A program made the translations under genes and the position numbers. Below are positions 10,431 to 21,045 of a DNA stretch of 64,000 nt, one piece after another. Origin of the DNA: Candidatus Levyibacteriota bacterium. GTDB taxonomy: Bacteria > Patescibacteriota > Microgenomatia > Levybacterales > UBA12049. Positions within the stretch are counted from its first letter, which is position 1. Each line of letters opens with the position of its first letter. The DNA lies in contig PLZJ01000002.1 in assembly GCA_003152105.1 (NCBI GenBank), positions 685,140-749,139 of the forward strand. Reading direction: 5' to 3'. The notes beneath the pieces are model-generated. The model made no database searches. It had not been told where the DNA came from and was given only the letters and a program-made list of their open reading frames with translations.

Positions 10431-11260
10431 TGGAAGAAAATCAAGACAAACTTTACGAACTTGACCCACACATGCTTCAAGCAAATCCTCTTCAACCTCG
10501 AGGAATTATTTCACCAGAATCGTTAAATGATTTAGTTGAATCAATCAGAGAACAAGGTATTCTTGAGCCGATCGTAGTAGCTAAAACTCCTGCTGGATAT
10601 CAAATTATTGCTGGAGAAAGAAGATGGAGAGCTGCAAAAATTCTCGGGTTATCAAAAGTTCCTGTAGTCGTTAAAGAAACAACTCCACAAGGCATGCTTG
10701 AAATGTCAATTGTTGAAAACGTTCAAAGAGAAGATTTAAATCCAATCGAAAGGGCACAAGCATACAAAAGATTAATAGATGAATTTGGACTTGGCACAAA
10801 CGAGGTAGCGAAACGAGTAGGAAAAAGCGCCCCAACTGTTTCAAATACAATTCGATTATTAACCCTTCCTGACGCTATTAAAGACGCGTTAGTTGCAGGA
10901 GTAATTACTGAAGGACATGTACGTCCTCTAATATCTTTAGGCGATCCTAAATTAATGCTTGAATTATTTAAGAAAATTTTACGCGATAACGCAACGGTGA
11001 GACAAACAGAAGAATGGGCTAGAAAAGCAAAATCTGAACAAGAAGGACAAAATGATAGACAACCAAAAATAAAAGAACGTTTATATATCCCTGAACAAGA
11101 TGAAATGGCGAAAACCATACAAGATTCTCATCAATTATCAAATGTCAAAATATTTCAATCCAGAAGCCTTGCGAGGATAGAATTGATTTTAAAAGGTGAT
11201 GTCGAGCACACCACTCCAAAAATTAAAGAGCTAGTAGAGTTATTAAAAGGAAACAATTAA
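10430..11260 (+). CDS. parB: ParB/Spo0J partition protein
   Basis: NPLQPR, IIAGERRWRAA, ENVQREDLNPIE, HTH. Confidence 0.93.
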   Translation: MEENQDKLYELDPHMLQANPLQPRGIISPESLNDLVESIREQGILEPIVVAKTPAGYQIIAGERRWRAAKILGLSKVPVVVKETTPQGMLEMSIVENVQREDLNPIERAQAYKRLIDEFGLGTNEVAKRVGKSAPTVSNTIRLLTLPDAIKDALVAGVITEGHVRPLISLGDPKLMLELFKKILRDNATVRQTEEWARKAKSEQEGQNDRQPKIKERLYIPEQDEMAKTIQDSHQLSNVKIFQSRSLARIELILKGDVEHTTPKIKELVELLKGNN

Positions 11261-11314
11261 TCTTCACGTTAGAAAATAATCTACTTATTTCTCGTAAATT
11301 TTTCAGGTTGACCT

Positions 11315-11875
11315 TTAGTTGTAGGGGTTATGAATTGTTTTTATATCTTTTGGTGGCCAGTAAACAAACATAGATTCTCCAATGACAAAGCTATCTGGTA
11401 CAAAACCCCATTCTCTTGAATCTGAACTTTCTCCTCTGTTATCTCCCATAACAAAATAATACCCTTGAGGAACAGTTTTTTCTTCGCCTTCACCTATAAA
11501 TTGACCAGCTAGCGATTTTATTTGTGGGTTTAGATATGCTGATTCATCAAGTTGTTTATCGTTTAAGTATACGTTCCCGTTTTTTACCATTATTCTATCT
11601 CCTCCCACTCCTATGACTCTTTTAATATAATCTTTGTCTGGCTCAGGTGGGGCCTTGAATACAATGACATCACCTAATTTTGGTTTTTGAAAATGTAAAA
11701 TTATAAGATTTGTGAGTACATATTCTCTATCATCAAAGTTTGGATACATGGATAAACCATTCACTTGAAATGGTCTAAACAGAAATACATAAATAACTAA
11801 AAATACTGAAGCTGCTAGTAAAAGAGTTTGTAAAGAGTCTATAAAAACTAGCCAAATTTTTGATAGTATTCCCAT
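11315..11875 (-). CDS. lepB: Signal peptidase I
   Basis: G.SMYP, YIKRVIG, MGDNR..SSDSR.WG. Confidence 0.95.
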   Translation of the reverse strand: MGILSKIWLVFIDSLQTLLLAASVFLVIYVFLFRPFQVNGLSMYPNFDDREYVLTNLIILHFQKPKLGDVIVFKAPPEPDKDYIKRVIGVGGDRIMVKNGNVYLNDKQLDESAYLNPQIKSLAGQFIGEGEEKTVPQGYYFVMGDNRGESSDSREWGFVPDSFVIGESMFVYWPPKDIKTIHNPYN

Positions 11876-11903
11876 TCCCTGATTGTCTAAAATTTATATC
11901 CTT

Positions 11904-11932
11904 TTGTCAACAGAGAAGGTATTTGATACAAT
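11904..11932 (+). promoter_or_regulatory. Sigma70 promoter of tRNA-Val
   Basis: TTGTCA-N17-TACAAT with extended TG, 8 nt before the mature 5' end. Confidence 0.7.
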
Positions 11933-11940
11933 TGCAGCAA

Positions 11941-12014
11941 GGATCTGTAGCTCAGATGGTTAGAGCGTTCGATTCACATTCGAAAGGTCAGAGGTTCGAT
12001 CCCTCTCAGGTCCA
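11941..12014 (+). tRNA. tRNA-Val(CAC), CCA not encoded
   Basis: Cloverleaf: GGATCTG/CAGGTCC acceptor, TTCGA-TTCACAT-TCGAA anticodon arm, AGAGG-TTCGATC-CCTCT T arm. Confidence 0.95.
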
Positions 12015-12020
12015 CAACGG

Positions 12021-13811
12021 TTATTTAAAGAATTTCTTATATTTTCTACTTCTTCGAAGTGCAAAAACAAGAAGAAGAAAAATTGCAGTTGTTAATGATA
12101 GAAGTTTCCCCAGACTTCTAATAGGTGTGTCTGTAAATGATACAGTAACTTTATATAAACCTTTAGGAAGATTAAAAACTATTTTTCCTACTTCATTTTT
12201 ATTCCAATAAGAAATTGGCAATAAGTTATTATTCTCGCTAACATGCCATCCTGGGAAATATAACGTATTATCTAAGATTTTACTAGATTTTTTTGCATTA
12301 ATTACGTAAATATGATTGACTGGATTTCGAAAAACTTCTGTTATTTGTGCGTTCCCAGAAAGTACCTGTATATGATATTTTGATCTATCAAATCTAAGTG
12401 TTGAAATATGTAACCTTCTTTCTTGAGTAATTTTGAAAAGTGTTGCATTAGATTTATCAGTATATTCTGTATAAAAATCCCAAGCCTGATAATATATGTT
12501 TGGATCAAAAGGTATCATTTTTCTGTTTCCCCAATTTAACCCAGTACTGCCTATCGTAAAGATAATAATGATAATTACAATATACTTTCGATTAAAATTT
12601 GCCAAGACTATACCTGCTATTATCGAACTCAGAAAACTCATAGGAACAAGAAGTCTCCATACAAACAAGAAAGAATCAAGTATATAGATATGATCCCAAA
12701 TGGGTTTGGTAATAGATTGCATCAAAAGAAAATAAATTATGCAAAATATACTAAAAAGTACGGTGATTGCGTACTCCAATTTAGAAAAATATTTATTATT
12801 TCTCCATATCAAGAAAATTGCGGCTATAAACAAGAGCAAATGTGGATACCCAACAATTGTCCGAAGTTCTCCATTATGTCCTTGGAATAAAAAACCATAT
12901 AAAATCGGAGAGAATAAATAATCTTGTATAGGAAAAAATGCACCAGCAGGTCCAACCAAACTATACCATGTATATTTTATTTCAAAAGCTGCTGGTAACC
13001 AATAAAATGACGCAAGCAAAGCACCAATGGTAAGCATTGAAATTAGTTTTATGACAACTCTAAATACTGGTTTTTTTGTAGTCCTTAATTTTACAATGCA
13101 ATAAAAAAACAATATTGGAATTATTGATAGCATGACGCTTGGTTGAGATAAAAATATGCCTGTAAAGCTTAGGCCTCCTAAAACAAAATTAACATAGGTG
13201 TCTTTATCTATACTTCTTTTAACAAACAAGAAAAGTAATGGAATAAAAACAAAAGAAAGGACTTCGCCAACCGAAGACCTAAAATGAAGATCAATTAAAT
13301 GATAAGGTGCGAATAAATAAAAGATACCTGAAAATAGCGCGACTTTTTCATTAAACTCTTCTCGTGTATATATATACATTGTTATGCCTGAAAATATGAA
13401 CGATAGTGCAAGGAGAATTTTTATACTATTTAGATAAGAGAATCCAATAAAATGGAATATGCTTCCAATATAGTAAGGTAAAATATACTGATACATTAAT
13501 GCAGGACATCCATACCCTGCACAAAATTCGTGAGCCCACTGTGGTATTAAAATTCCTGCTTGGAAGTTCTCATAGACACTTCTAAGCAGTATAGTGTGTA
13601 GAGCTAAATCTCCAGCCTGATGTACACCAGGTCGAAATAAGTTAACTACAGCTGGTATAGAAATTACAATTATAAGATACAGAAAATTAATTTTCTTTTT
13701 TGGGTAAATATATGTATAGAACGCAAGTAATACTACTGCTATGAAAGAAAATAAAATTGGTAAAAATACAACTTTAGCAGATGTATTAAGTAATAACGTG
13801 AATAATCCCAT
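12021..13811 (-). CDS. GT-C-type membrane glycosyltransferase (PTPS-related / YfhO-like family)
   Basis: GDL..H, P.W....GYG.P...Y, APYHL.D...R....E, FYWLP, C-terminal LYFPGW domain plus terminal TM. Confidence 0.75.
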   Translation of the reverse strand: MGLFTLLLNTSAKVVFLPILFSFIAVVLLAFYTYIYPKKKINFLYLIIVISIPAVVNLFRPGVHQAGDLALHTILLRSVYENFQAGILIPQWAHEFCAGYGCPALMYQYILPYYIGSIFHFIGFSYLNSIKILLALSFIFSGITMYIYTREEFNEKVALFSGIFYLFAPYHLIDLHFRSSVGEVLSFVFIPLLFLFVKRSIDKDTYVNFVLGGLSFTGIFLSQPSVMLSIIPILFFYCIVKLRTTKKPVFRVVIKLISMLTIGALLASFYWLPAAFEIKYTWYSLVGPAGAFFPIQDYLFSPILYGFLFQGHNGELRTIVGYPHLLLFIAAIFLIWRNNKYFSKLEYAITVLFSIFCIIYFLLMQSITKPIWDHIYILDSFLFVWRLLVPMSFLSSIIAGIVLANFNRKYIVIIIIIFTIGSTGLNWGNRKMIPFDPNIYYQAWDFYTEYTDKSNATLFKITQERRLHISTLRFDRSKYHIQVLSGNAQITEVFRNPVNHIYVINAKKSSKILDNTLYFPGWHVSENNNLLPISYWNKNEVGKIVFNLPKGLYKVTVSFTDTPIRSLGKLLSLTTAIFLLLVFALRRSRKYKKFFK

Positions 13812-13919
13812 TTATCTGCAGAGTATACAATGATTTAAAGTGTAATACAATTTTGCAAGTGAAAGCTTCTTTAGCATAGATTCTTCATAAAATTTATAGT
13901 ACTATATAGCAACTTTTAT

Positions 13920-14972
13920 ATGACTATAGTTTTCTTTTCAAGATATTTTTATCCTCACATAGGTGGCGTGGAAAAACATGTGCTAAACATAAGCAAAGAA
14001 CTAATTAAAAAAAAGCATAAAGTAATTGTTATTACAGAGAAAAGTAATTTCAAAGACAAAGAAATTGAGCAGTATAAAGATATAACAATTTATAGAATTC
14101 CAATAACTACTTCTGAAAAAAGAAAAAAATTTTTAATATGGAAATGGTTATTGCTACACAGAAGTATTATTAGCGATTCAGATATTGTACATGCACATGA
14201 CGTATTTTATTGGTATCTACCATTTAAAATGATATATCCAAGCAAAAAAGTATATATGACAATTCATGGTTATGAGGGTAATAAAATGCCCACCAGAAAA
14301 TCTAAAATTTCTCATAAAATTAATGCAATTCTTTCTTCTGGAAACATTAGTATAGGTTCATTCTTGGAAAAATGGTATGGCATAAAAGCAACATATATTT
14401 CTTATGGTGCGGTAGCAGTACAAGATAAGAAGCCTATCATTTCTTATCCTAAAAAAGGAGTAATAAAAGCATTATTTATTGGAAGATTAGAACCTGAGAC
14501 CGGAATTATGGAATACTTAAAGTTTATCGATTTAATGAGAAAAGATAATATTTCAATTACTATTATTATTGCAGGAGATGGATCATTACGAAATGAAGCA
14601 ATAGAATATGTTAAGGTAAAAAAAATAAAAGCAACATTTTTAGGATTTGTAAATGATCCACAAAAATATTTTAGTAAGGTTGATATTGTGTTTACTTCAC
14701 GATATCTTGGTATATTAGAGTCACTGCTTGGAAAAAAAAGGGTATATGCTTTTTATAATAATGCAATTAAAAAAGATTATCTGCAAATGTCATCGTTTTC
14801 TCAATTTATAAATATCGCCAAATCTATAAAACAAATGAGGTTGTTGCTTTTAAACGATAAAGCAAATGAAAATCTCTATAAAGCATCTATAAATCAAGGA
14901 TATGCATTTGCTTTAGAACAATCATGGCAAAAGTTAACGCTTCTTTATATAAAACTTTGGGGAAAGAAATAA
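13920..14972 (+). CDS. Glycosyltransferase family 4
   Basis: FYPHIGGVE, DIVHAH, LFIGRL, IAGDG. Confidence 0.88.
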   Translation: MTIVFFSRYFYPHIGGVEKHVLNISKELIKKKHKVIVITEKSNFKDKEIEQYKDITIYRIPITTSEKRKKFLIWKWLLLHRSIISDSDIVHAHDVFYWYLPFKMIYPSKKVYMTIHGYEGNKMPTRKSKISHKINAILSSGNISIGSFLEKWYGIKATYISYGAVAVQDKKPIISYPKKGVIKALFIGRLEPETGIMEYLKFIDLMRKDNISITIIIAGDGSLRNEAIEYVKVKKIKATFLGFVNDPQKYFSKVDIVFTSRYLGILESLLGKKRVYAFYNNAIKKDYLQMSSFSQFINIAKSIKQMRLLLLNDKANENLYKASINQGYAFALEQSWQKLTLLYIKLWGKK

Positions 14973-16691
14973 ATAGGTATAAAATACAAAAAATAACAAT
15001 ACCGCAATCATACATGTGATGCTAATTATTTGAGAATCTGTTCTGATAAACGTTTGATTATACTCAATACTTACAAGATATAAACCTGCTGGCGCATTAA
15101 AGAATATAATTCCGGGATTCCTATTATTTTGATAACTAATTGGAATTGGTTTGCTATTTATTAGTACTTCCCAATTGGGAAAATAGAGAGTATTTTCTTC
15201 GATATATAAAGGAGTAGCTGCGTTTACTATATACTCATGAATTGTTGAAGTTCGATTTATTTGTTTGATCGTAGCGATACCCTTTAATATATAAAGAGGC
15301 ATTTTAGGGATGTTTTTTTTCCAAACGTTTTTTTGATCAACCCACTTGGGTGCTGATTGAATGTTTCCTTCGCCTTGTATGGTACTAAGTGGAATATTAG
15401 CTCGAAGTGTAGTATCAGTTATTGCTCCAATTGTTCTTCTGTTTCCCCAATTAAATATTGTAATGAGTATGGTAATAACACAAAGAATTACAATAAATGA
15501 TTTGTTTTTATTAACTTTGACTACTATTCCTGCAATTAACGAAGTACAAAGTGTAATTCCTGCTAAGAATCTGTAGGAAAATTGAATATGTTTGAATAAT
15601 GGAAGAATACTATAAATTGGCTGTGAAATAGGGAGCATCATGACAAAAAGTACAAAAAATGAGAGTATCGCAAACAGGTATAAGAGATTTGTTTTTTTGA
15701 TTTTACCTTTAACTAAAAGATATAGTGAATATAAAACAATAAATAATTGAGTATAACCAATAATATAAGAAAGTTGTCCCTTTGGTCCTTGAAATAATAG
15801 TCCATACTTCCAGTTCGAATAAATAAATTCCCAAAAGTTTTGATATGAAACACTAACTACGTTTGATTTTAATGTGAATTGCAATTCATAGAGTAGCGGT
15901 AACCAGTAAAATAATGATAAAAGCAAACCAATTGTTAATGAGAAAAATGCATATGTTAAATATTTTCCATCTCTCTTTTTAGAATATATAAATAATTCAT
16001 ATAGTATCAGTATAGGAAAAACTATTATTGAAACAGCTTGATGAGATAAAATAAGTGCTGCCACTGAGCATGATAAAAATAAGAGATGAATAATACTAGT
16101 TTTTATAGATAATTTTTTCAAAAAATAAAAAACGAAGGGAGATATAGAAAGTGCGGTAACCTCTCCAATATCAACTCTAAAATGCATGTCGACTAAATGA
16201 TAAGGAGCGTACATATAGAATAGAGAGGATGCTATTCCAGACATTTCTCCTAACTCTTCTTTAATCCACAAATACATTCCTATACCAGAGAATATAAAAG
16301 TCATGGCAAGAAGTAGCTTAATGCTTGTAATAAAAGAAAATCCGATCAAATGAAAAAAACTAATCAAATAAAATGGTAAGGGGTATGAAAAATTAAAAAC
16401 TGGATAGCCATATGTAGCATTTAGTAAACCACCCCAAAGTGGAAATATATGTCCTTCTAAAAGTGAAGAATAGAAACTCATTGCCTCATAAACATGCAAA
16501 GAAAGATCTCCACTTTCATATGTTCCAGATCTAAATAAACTTGTAAGTGGCAACAATGATATTACTATCACATAAACTAAAGGATGTATTTTTTTATTTG
16601 GGAGTAATTTTTTAAAAAGAAGGAATCCACTTGCAAGAATAATGACTGAAATGCAACTTACGATAATTAACTTAGTTGATGCTGGAATCAT
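14934..16691 (-). CDS. GT-C-type membrane glycosyltransferase, paralog of 12021-13811
   Basis: Shared motifs GDLSLH, YGYP, APYHLVDMHFR, LFQG, NWGNR, NTLYFPNW. Confidence 0.75.
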   Translation of the reverse strand: MIPASTKLIIVSCISVIILASGFLLFKKLLPNKKIHPLVYVIVISLLPLTSLFRSGTYESGDLSLHVYEAMSFYSSLLEGHIFPLWGGLLNATYGYPVFNFSYPLPFYLISFFHLIGFSFITSIKLLLAMTFIFSGIGMYLWIKEELGEMSGIASSLFYMYAPYHLVDMHFRVDIGEVTALSISPFVFYFLKKLSIKTSIIHLLFLSCSVAALILSHQAVSIIVFPILILYELFIYSKKRDGKYLTYAFFSLTIGLLLSLFYWLPLLYELQFTLKSNVVSVSYQNFWEFIYSNWKYGLLFQGPKGQLSYIIGYTQLFIVLYSLYLLVKGKIKKTNLLYLFAILSFFVLFVMMLPISQPIYSILPLFKHIQFSYRFLAGITLCTSLIAGIVVKVNKNKSFIVILCVITILITIFNWGNRRTIGAITDTTLRANIPLSTIQGEGNIQSAPKWVDQKNVWKKNIPKMPLYILKGIATIKQINRTSTIHEYIVNAATPLYIEENTLYFPNWEVLINSKPIPISYQNNRNPGIIFFNAPAGLYLVSIEYNQTFIRTDSQIISITCMIAVLLFFVFYTYLFLSPKFYIKKR

Positions 16692-16717
16692 GCTGCTATA
16701 ATAACATATAAGAAGTT
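16692..16717. promoter_or_regulatory. 26-bp bidirectional extended -10 promoter
   Basis: Plus strand TGCTATAAT (16694-16702) overlaps minus strand TGTTATTAT (16706-16698); the latter is 6 nt from ATG 16691. Confidence 0.7.
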
Positions 16718-17626
16718 ATGAAAACATCATTTATCGCTACAATTTTTAATGAAGAAAATAATATTAAAGATTTAATAACATCACTTTTAAATCAAACTAA
16801 AAAAATTGATGAAATAATATTTGTTGATAATAATTCTACTGATAAAACGAGAGAGATTATTAAATCTTATAAAAATATTAAGTTACTGAAATATAGTGGA
16901 AATAGATCAAAAGGAAGAAATTTCGGAATTGAGCATGCAAGTGGAGATATAATTTTAGTATCCGATTCAGGATGCATTTTAGATAAGAATTGGGTAAAAA
17001 ACATAACGAGTGGATTTAAAAATGAAGATATTTCAGTAGTATCGGGTTATTATTTGCCGATTTGTAACAGTATTTTTCAAAAATGTCTAGCAACATATAC
17101 CTGTGTTATGCCAGATAAGTTAAATGAGAATACCTATCTTCCATCATCTCGATCCATAGCATTTAAAAAAAGTGCATGGAAAACAATTGGTGGATATCCC
17201 AAAAACCTCTCAACATGTGAAGATTTAATTTTTGCGGTAAGGTTAAAGAAGCATAACTTTCACTTCATTTTAGTAAAAGACGCATTAGTATATTGGCAAC
17301 AAAGGAAAAACTTACTTTCGGCATTTTCACAATTTTTCTCGTATGCAAAGGGAGACGGTAAGGCCAGATATGTAAGAGCTCAAACGCCATATTTATATTT
17401 ACGATATATTGTCGCAGTATTATTGTTTTATTTTTCGTTTAAAGAGCATTTTCTCACTCTATTTATTGTTTTAGGATCACTATATTTTTTTTGGGCAATA
17501 TATAAAAATTATGTCTATATAAAATCTCTATATGCAATTATATATTTACCTTTGCTGCAGTTAACATCAGATATTGCTGTATTGGCAGGGATGACAGTTG
17601 GACTTTTCTTGTCATTTACTAATTAA
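16718..17626 (+). CDS. Glycosyltransferase family 2 with C-terminal TMs
   Basis: FNEE, VDNNSTD, GRNFG, SDSG, GGYP...CED. Confidence 0.88.
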   Translation: MKTSFIATIFNEENNIKDLITSLLNQTKKIDEIIFVDNNSTDKTREIIKSYKNIKLLKYSGNRSKGRNFGIEHASGDIILVSDSGCILDKNWVKNITSGFKNEDISVVSGYYLPICNSIFQKCLATYTCVMPDKLNENTYLPSSRSIAFKKSAWKTIGGYPKNLSTCEDLIFAVRLKKHNFHFILVKDALVYWQQRKNLLSAFSQFFSYAKGDGKARYVRAQTPYLYLRYIVAVLLFYFSFKEHFLTLFIVLGSLYFFWAIYKNYVYIKSLYAIIYLPLLQLTSDIAVLAGMTVGLFLSFTN

Positions 17627-17634
17627 AGCACCTT

Positions 17635-18636
17635 TTATTTAAGTCGCTTTTGTCGGAATTTTTCAATTGGCTTTTCAAAAACAAGATAAATTATAAATGC
17701 AAACATCACTGATACGCATATAAAAAATATGGTAGTTATGCTATTTTGAGATTTAATAACACCAATTTGTATAAAAAAATTAATAAGTAACAAATGACAT
17801 AAATAAATTGGATAAGAAGTTTCACCAATTATTCTGTCTATCGATAACTTATTTGTTAATTTAAATATAAACGGTATTGATACTAAGAAAATTAGTAGAA
17901 AAATCCATTCTTTAAATTTAATAATACTAGTAAAGGTATAATTAAACGGAATATTTGAGTACGAAATCACCAAAGCTAGAATCAATATAAATGTAGATAC
18001 GAGATACTTTTTTGGAAATGTTTTGTGCTTTATAACTTTGTATATTTCATAAGATAACACTCCAAGCAGGAAAAAAATTATTATTTCTGGAAAAAACCAA
18101 TCACCAGCTGGATTGTGATTTAGTCGTAATATTACTTGCACTAAAAAATGAATAAAAAGAGCAATTCCAGTAAGTATGAACAGCATTTTTCTACTTAGTT
18201 TTACAATAAATGGAGCAACAATATAGAAACATAATTCAGAAACTAATGTGTATGCAACTGGTAACGTAAGAAGTTGTCTATTGTCAGTATTTATTTGAAG
18301 GTAATCATTTCTTATAAGTAATGTAACATCACTTAATATATTAAGTGGAGGTTGAGATAATATGTTTTGATGTAGCAATATTATTTCAAAGATATAGGTC
18401 AATAGTAGAATTAACCAATAGGTAGGATATATTCTAAAAAATCTATTTGTGATAAATAATTTATACCCTCCATTCTTTCCTATATATTTTTCATTTAATA
18501 TTAAAGACATGTAAAAACCAGATATAATATAAAAAGCTTTTAATGCGGCATCTCTACCTAAGAATAGTAATCCAAATAGAGGATATGAATGGTGAATAAC
18601 AATCGTAATTGCTAATAAGAATCTGATTAATCCCAT
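17635..18636 (-). CDS. Acyltransferase family 3
   Basis: RFLLA..IV.HH, FYIISGF, RFFRIYP.YW, ELCFY, SYPIYLCH, FEKP. Confidence 0.88.
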   Translation of the reverse strand: MGLIRFLLAITIVIHHSYPLFGLLFLGRDAALKAFYIISGFYMSLILNEKYIGKNGGYKLFITNRFFRIYPTYWLILLLTYIFEIILLHQNILSQPPLNILSDVTLLIRNDYLQINTDNRQLLTLPVAYTLVSELCFYIVAPFIVKLSRKMLFILTGIALFIHFLVQVILRLNHNPAGDWFFPEIIIFFLLGVLSYEIYKVIKHKTFPKKYLVSTFILILALVISYSNIPFNYTFTSIIKFKEWIFLLIFLVSIPFIFKLTNKLSIDRIIGETSYPIYLCHLLLINFFIQIGVIKSQNSITTIFFICVSVMFAFIIYLVFEKPIEKFRQKRLK

Positions 18637-18648
18637 AAAATGAAAAAG

Positions 18649-19887
18649 CTAAGCATTTGATCTAAATATAGTATAGGTGATGTAGAGAGTATATGTTTGA
18701 GAAATTATATATGAAATGAGTACTGCATACGCAACACCATTAAGATTAAATAATTTTGAAAATGGAAATAATAATATAATCAGCAGTAAGAAATTTATAG
18801 AATCTGTTATGGTCAGTACTTTTGGTTTGCCTAGAGCTAATAAAAAGGGAGCAAATGGACCCATTAGTGATCTAAAGCAACCATAAACTGCTAATATTTG
18901 AAGAATTGGTGCAGCATTTAACCATTTATTACCCAGTACGACTACAATTATTTCTTTTGGAAAGGCTATGAAAATAAAACTTAAAATAATGGTCGGAATA
19001 GATATAAATAGAATATGCTGTTTTAGAGAATTTTTCATTAATAATTTATCATTTTGTATATGTGCATATATTGGGAATGCAATTTTTGAAATATTATCAG
19101 TAATTTCTGAGAATGCTATATTGCCAATCTTAAATGACATATCATAAATTCCAAGGACTCCTGTATTAAAAAACTTTCCAATAAATAGATTGTCAATCTG
19201 AGTCATTAAATAGGAAGAAATTCCTCCTATTGTTAACCATTTACTAAAACCGAGTAGTTTCTTAACTAAACTAAATGAGATTGGATGTGAAAAATCTGAT
19301 TTTATTACTACGTATGATAATAAAGTTTGAAAAATCGTTCCTATGAGAAGACCAAAGACAAGAGATAAGGCGTTGCGATATATAAGAGCAAGCAAGATCG
19401 TAAAAAATGCTGTTATAAAACTTGATATAAATTGATAAAGAAATTCGTTTTTGAATTGAAACTTTTTATAGAAATAGAGTAAATAGGGATTTTGAATGCT
19501 ATTAATAAGAGGAATAAAAGAAGCAATCAAAAGTAAATTAAACAAAACAGGATTGTTAAAAAATGAAGCTAAGAATTTAGCAATTACAATATTAATTAAT
19601 GTTAAGCATACTCCACGGACAAAATTTATAGAAAGTATAGTTTTTGCATATGGATGAAGTTCTTCTTGAAAATGGATAATAGCGTATTCAAGTCCAGTTT
19701 CTGATATAGCTTCTAATAAATTTATTATACTAGTTACGATTGCGAATAGCCCGAAATCTGATTGTGTTAGAATTCTTGCTAAAATTATAATTCTAATAAA
19801 ATCTAATCCTCTAGAACTAAATTGTAAAATTCCCATCCAACTAGTACCCTCAATAAATCTTTTTTTAACATTAATTTTATTTGCCAT
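18649..19887 (-). CDS. Wzx-type oligosaccharide flippase
   Basis: IILARILT..DFG, LGIY, VLGNKW..A.PILQIL; about 12 TMs. Confidence 0.85.
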   Translation of the reverse strand: MANKINVKKRFIEGTSWMGILQFSSRGLDFIRIIILARILTQSDFGLFAIVTSIINLLEAISETGLEYAIIHFQEELHPYAKTILSINFVRGVCLTLINIVIAKFLASFFNNPVLFNLLLIASFIPLINSIQNPYLLYFYKKFQFKNEFLYQFISSFITAFFTILLALIYRNALSLVFGLLIGTIFQTLLSYVVIKSDFSHPISFSLVKKLLGFSKWLTIGGISSYLMTQIDNLFIGKFFNTGVLGIYDMSFKIGNIAFSEITDNISKIAFPIYAHIQNDKLLMKNSLKQHILFISIPTIILSFIFIAFPKEIIVVVLGNKWLNAAPILQILAVYGCFRSLMGPFAPFLLALGKPKVLTITDSINFLLLIILLFPFSKLFNLNGVAYAVLISYIISQTYTLYITYTIFRSNA

Positions 19888-19929
19888 ATATATCTGTGTA
19901 TATTATACTGTGCATTACCTTTTTAGTAT

Positions 19930-21045
19930 ATGTCAAATAAGCTACGAATTGCCTTTTTCCATGAGCTTCCTGAAGGTGGTGCAAGGAGTGCCACAAATAG
20001 TTTTGCTAAAGAATTAAAAAAAAAGCATACTGTAGATTTGTTTTATATTGACGAAAAAAAAGACATTAGTGAACACAGAAACTATAGCAAGGCTTATTTC
20101 TATAAATTTATTCCCTTACAATGGAAAGGAAAAAATTGGAAAATCAGATTTTATAAAGATTCTATCGAATTATATAAAAATTGGAAACTTCATAAACAAA
20201 TAGCACAAACAATTAATAAACAAAAATATGATGTAATTTTTGTTAATGCCTCAAAGTTTATAGAATCACCTTTTTTGCTTAGATACTTAAAAACTAAATC
20301 AGTATTTTATTTGCATGATCCTTATTACCGAATAATTTATGATAAAGCATTAACATTTCCAAGTGACATTTCACAACTACGAAAACTTTACGAAACTGGT
20401 AATAGATTAATTAGAAAATTCATTGATAAAAAAAATATTTCAAAAGCGACATATGTTTTTTCTAATTCAAAATTTGCTAGTAGGCAGTTTTTAAATATTT
20501 ATCATAAAAATAGTGTAGTTAAATATATTGGTATTGATACTAGATTCTTTATTCCTAAAAATATGAAAAGAGATATCGACGTCTTATATATCGGGTCAAG
20601 AAGCAGTATTGATGGGTACGATTTATTAATTCAGATATTAAAATTGTTACCTAAAAATAGTAATGTAAGAATGGTTTTGCATGAAGATGGAATGAAGAGT
20701 CAATCAGAAATACGTACGCTTTATCAGCGATCTAAAATAGTAATTTGTTTAGCAAGAAAGGAACCATTTGGACTTATTCCCTTGGAAGCAATGTCTACTC
20801 AAACACCTGTCATTGCTTTAAAAGAAGGAGGTTATGTTGAAACAATTAAGGATAACGAAACAGGATACTTAGTATCTCCTAACGTCAAGCAAATTGCTAA
20901 TCGGATAACATATCTTTTATCACATAAGGCAAAAAGATTTGAAATGGGTGTTGCTGGTAGAAAATGGGTATTGCAAAATTGGAATAATATTATGCGTGGT
21001 AAGGAACTCGAAAAAGGATTAGTAACTATAGCATATGAAAAATAA
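19930..21045 (+). CDS. Glycosyltransferase family 4
   Basis: EPFGLIPLEAM, GGYVETI.DNETG. Confidence 0.9.
   Translation: MSNKLRIAFFHELPEGGARSATNSFAKELKKKHTVDLFYIDEKKDISEHRNYSKAYFYKFIPLQWKGKNWKIRFYKDSIELYKNWKLHKQIAQTINKQKYDVIFVNASKFIESPFLLRYLKTKSVFYLHDPYYRIIYDKALTFPSDISQLRKLYETGNRLIRKFIDKKNISKATYVFSNSKFASRQFLNIYHKNSVVKYIGIDTRFFIPKNMKRDIDVLYIGSRSSIDGYDLLIQILKLLPKNSNVRMVLHEDGMKSQSEIRTLYQRSKIVICLARKEPFGLIPLEAMSTQTPVIALKEGGYVETIKDNETGYLVSPNVKQIANRITYLLSHKAKRFEMGVAGRKWVLQNWNNIMRGKELEKGLVTIAYEK

Noticed and set aside
11860-12210. 116-aa plus-strand ORF
   Set aside because: Overlaps tRNA-Val and two real genes; shadow ORF
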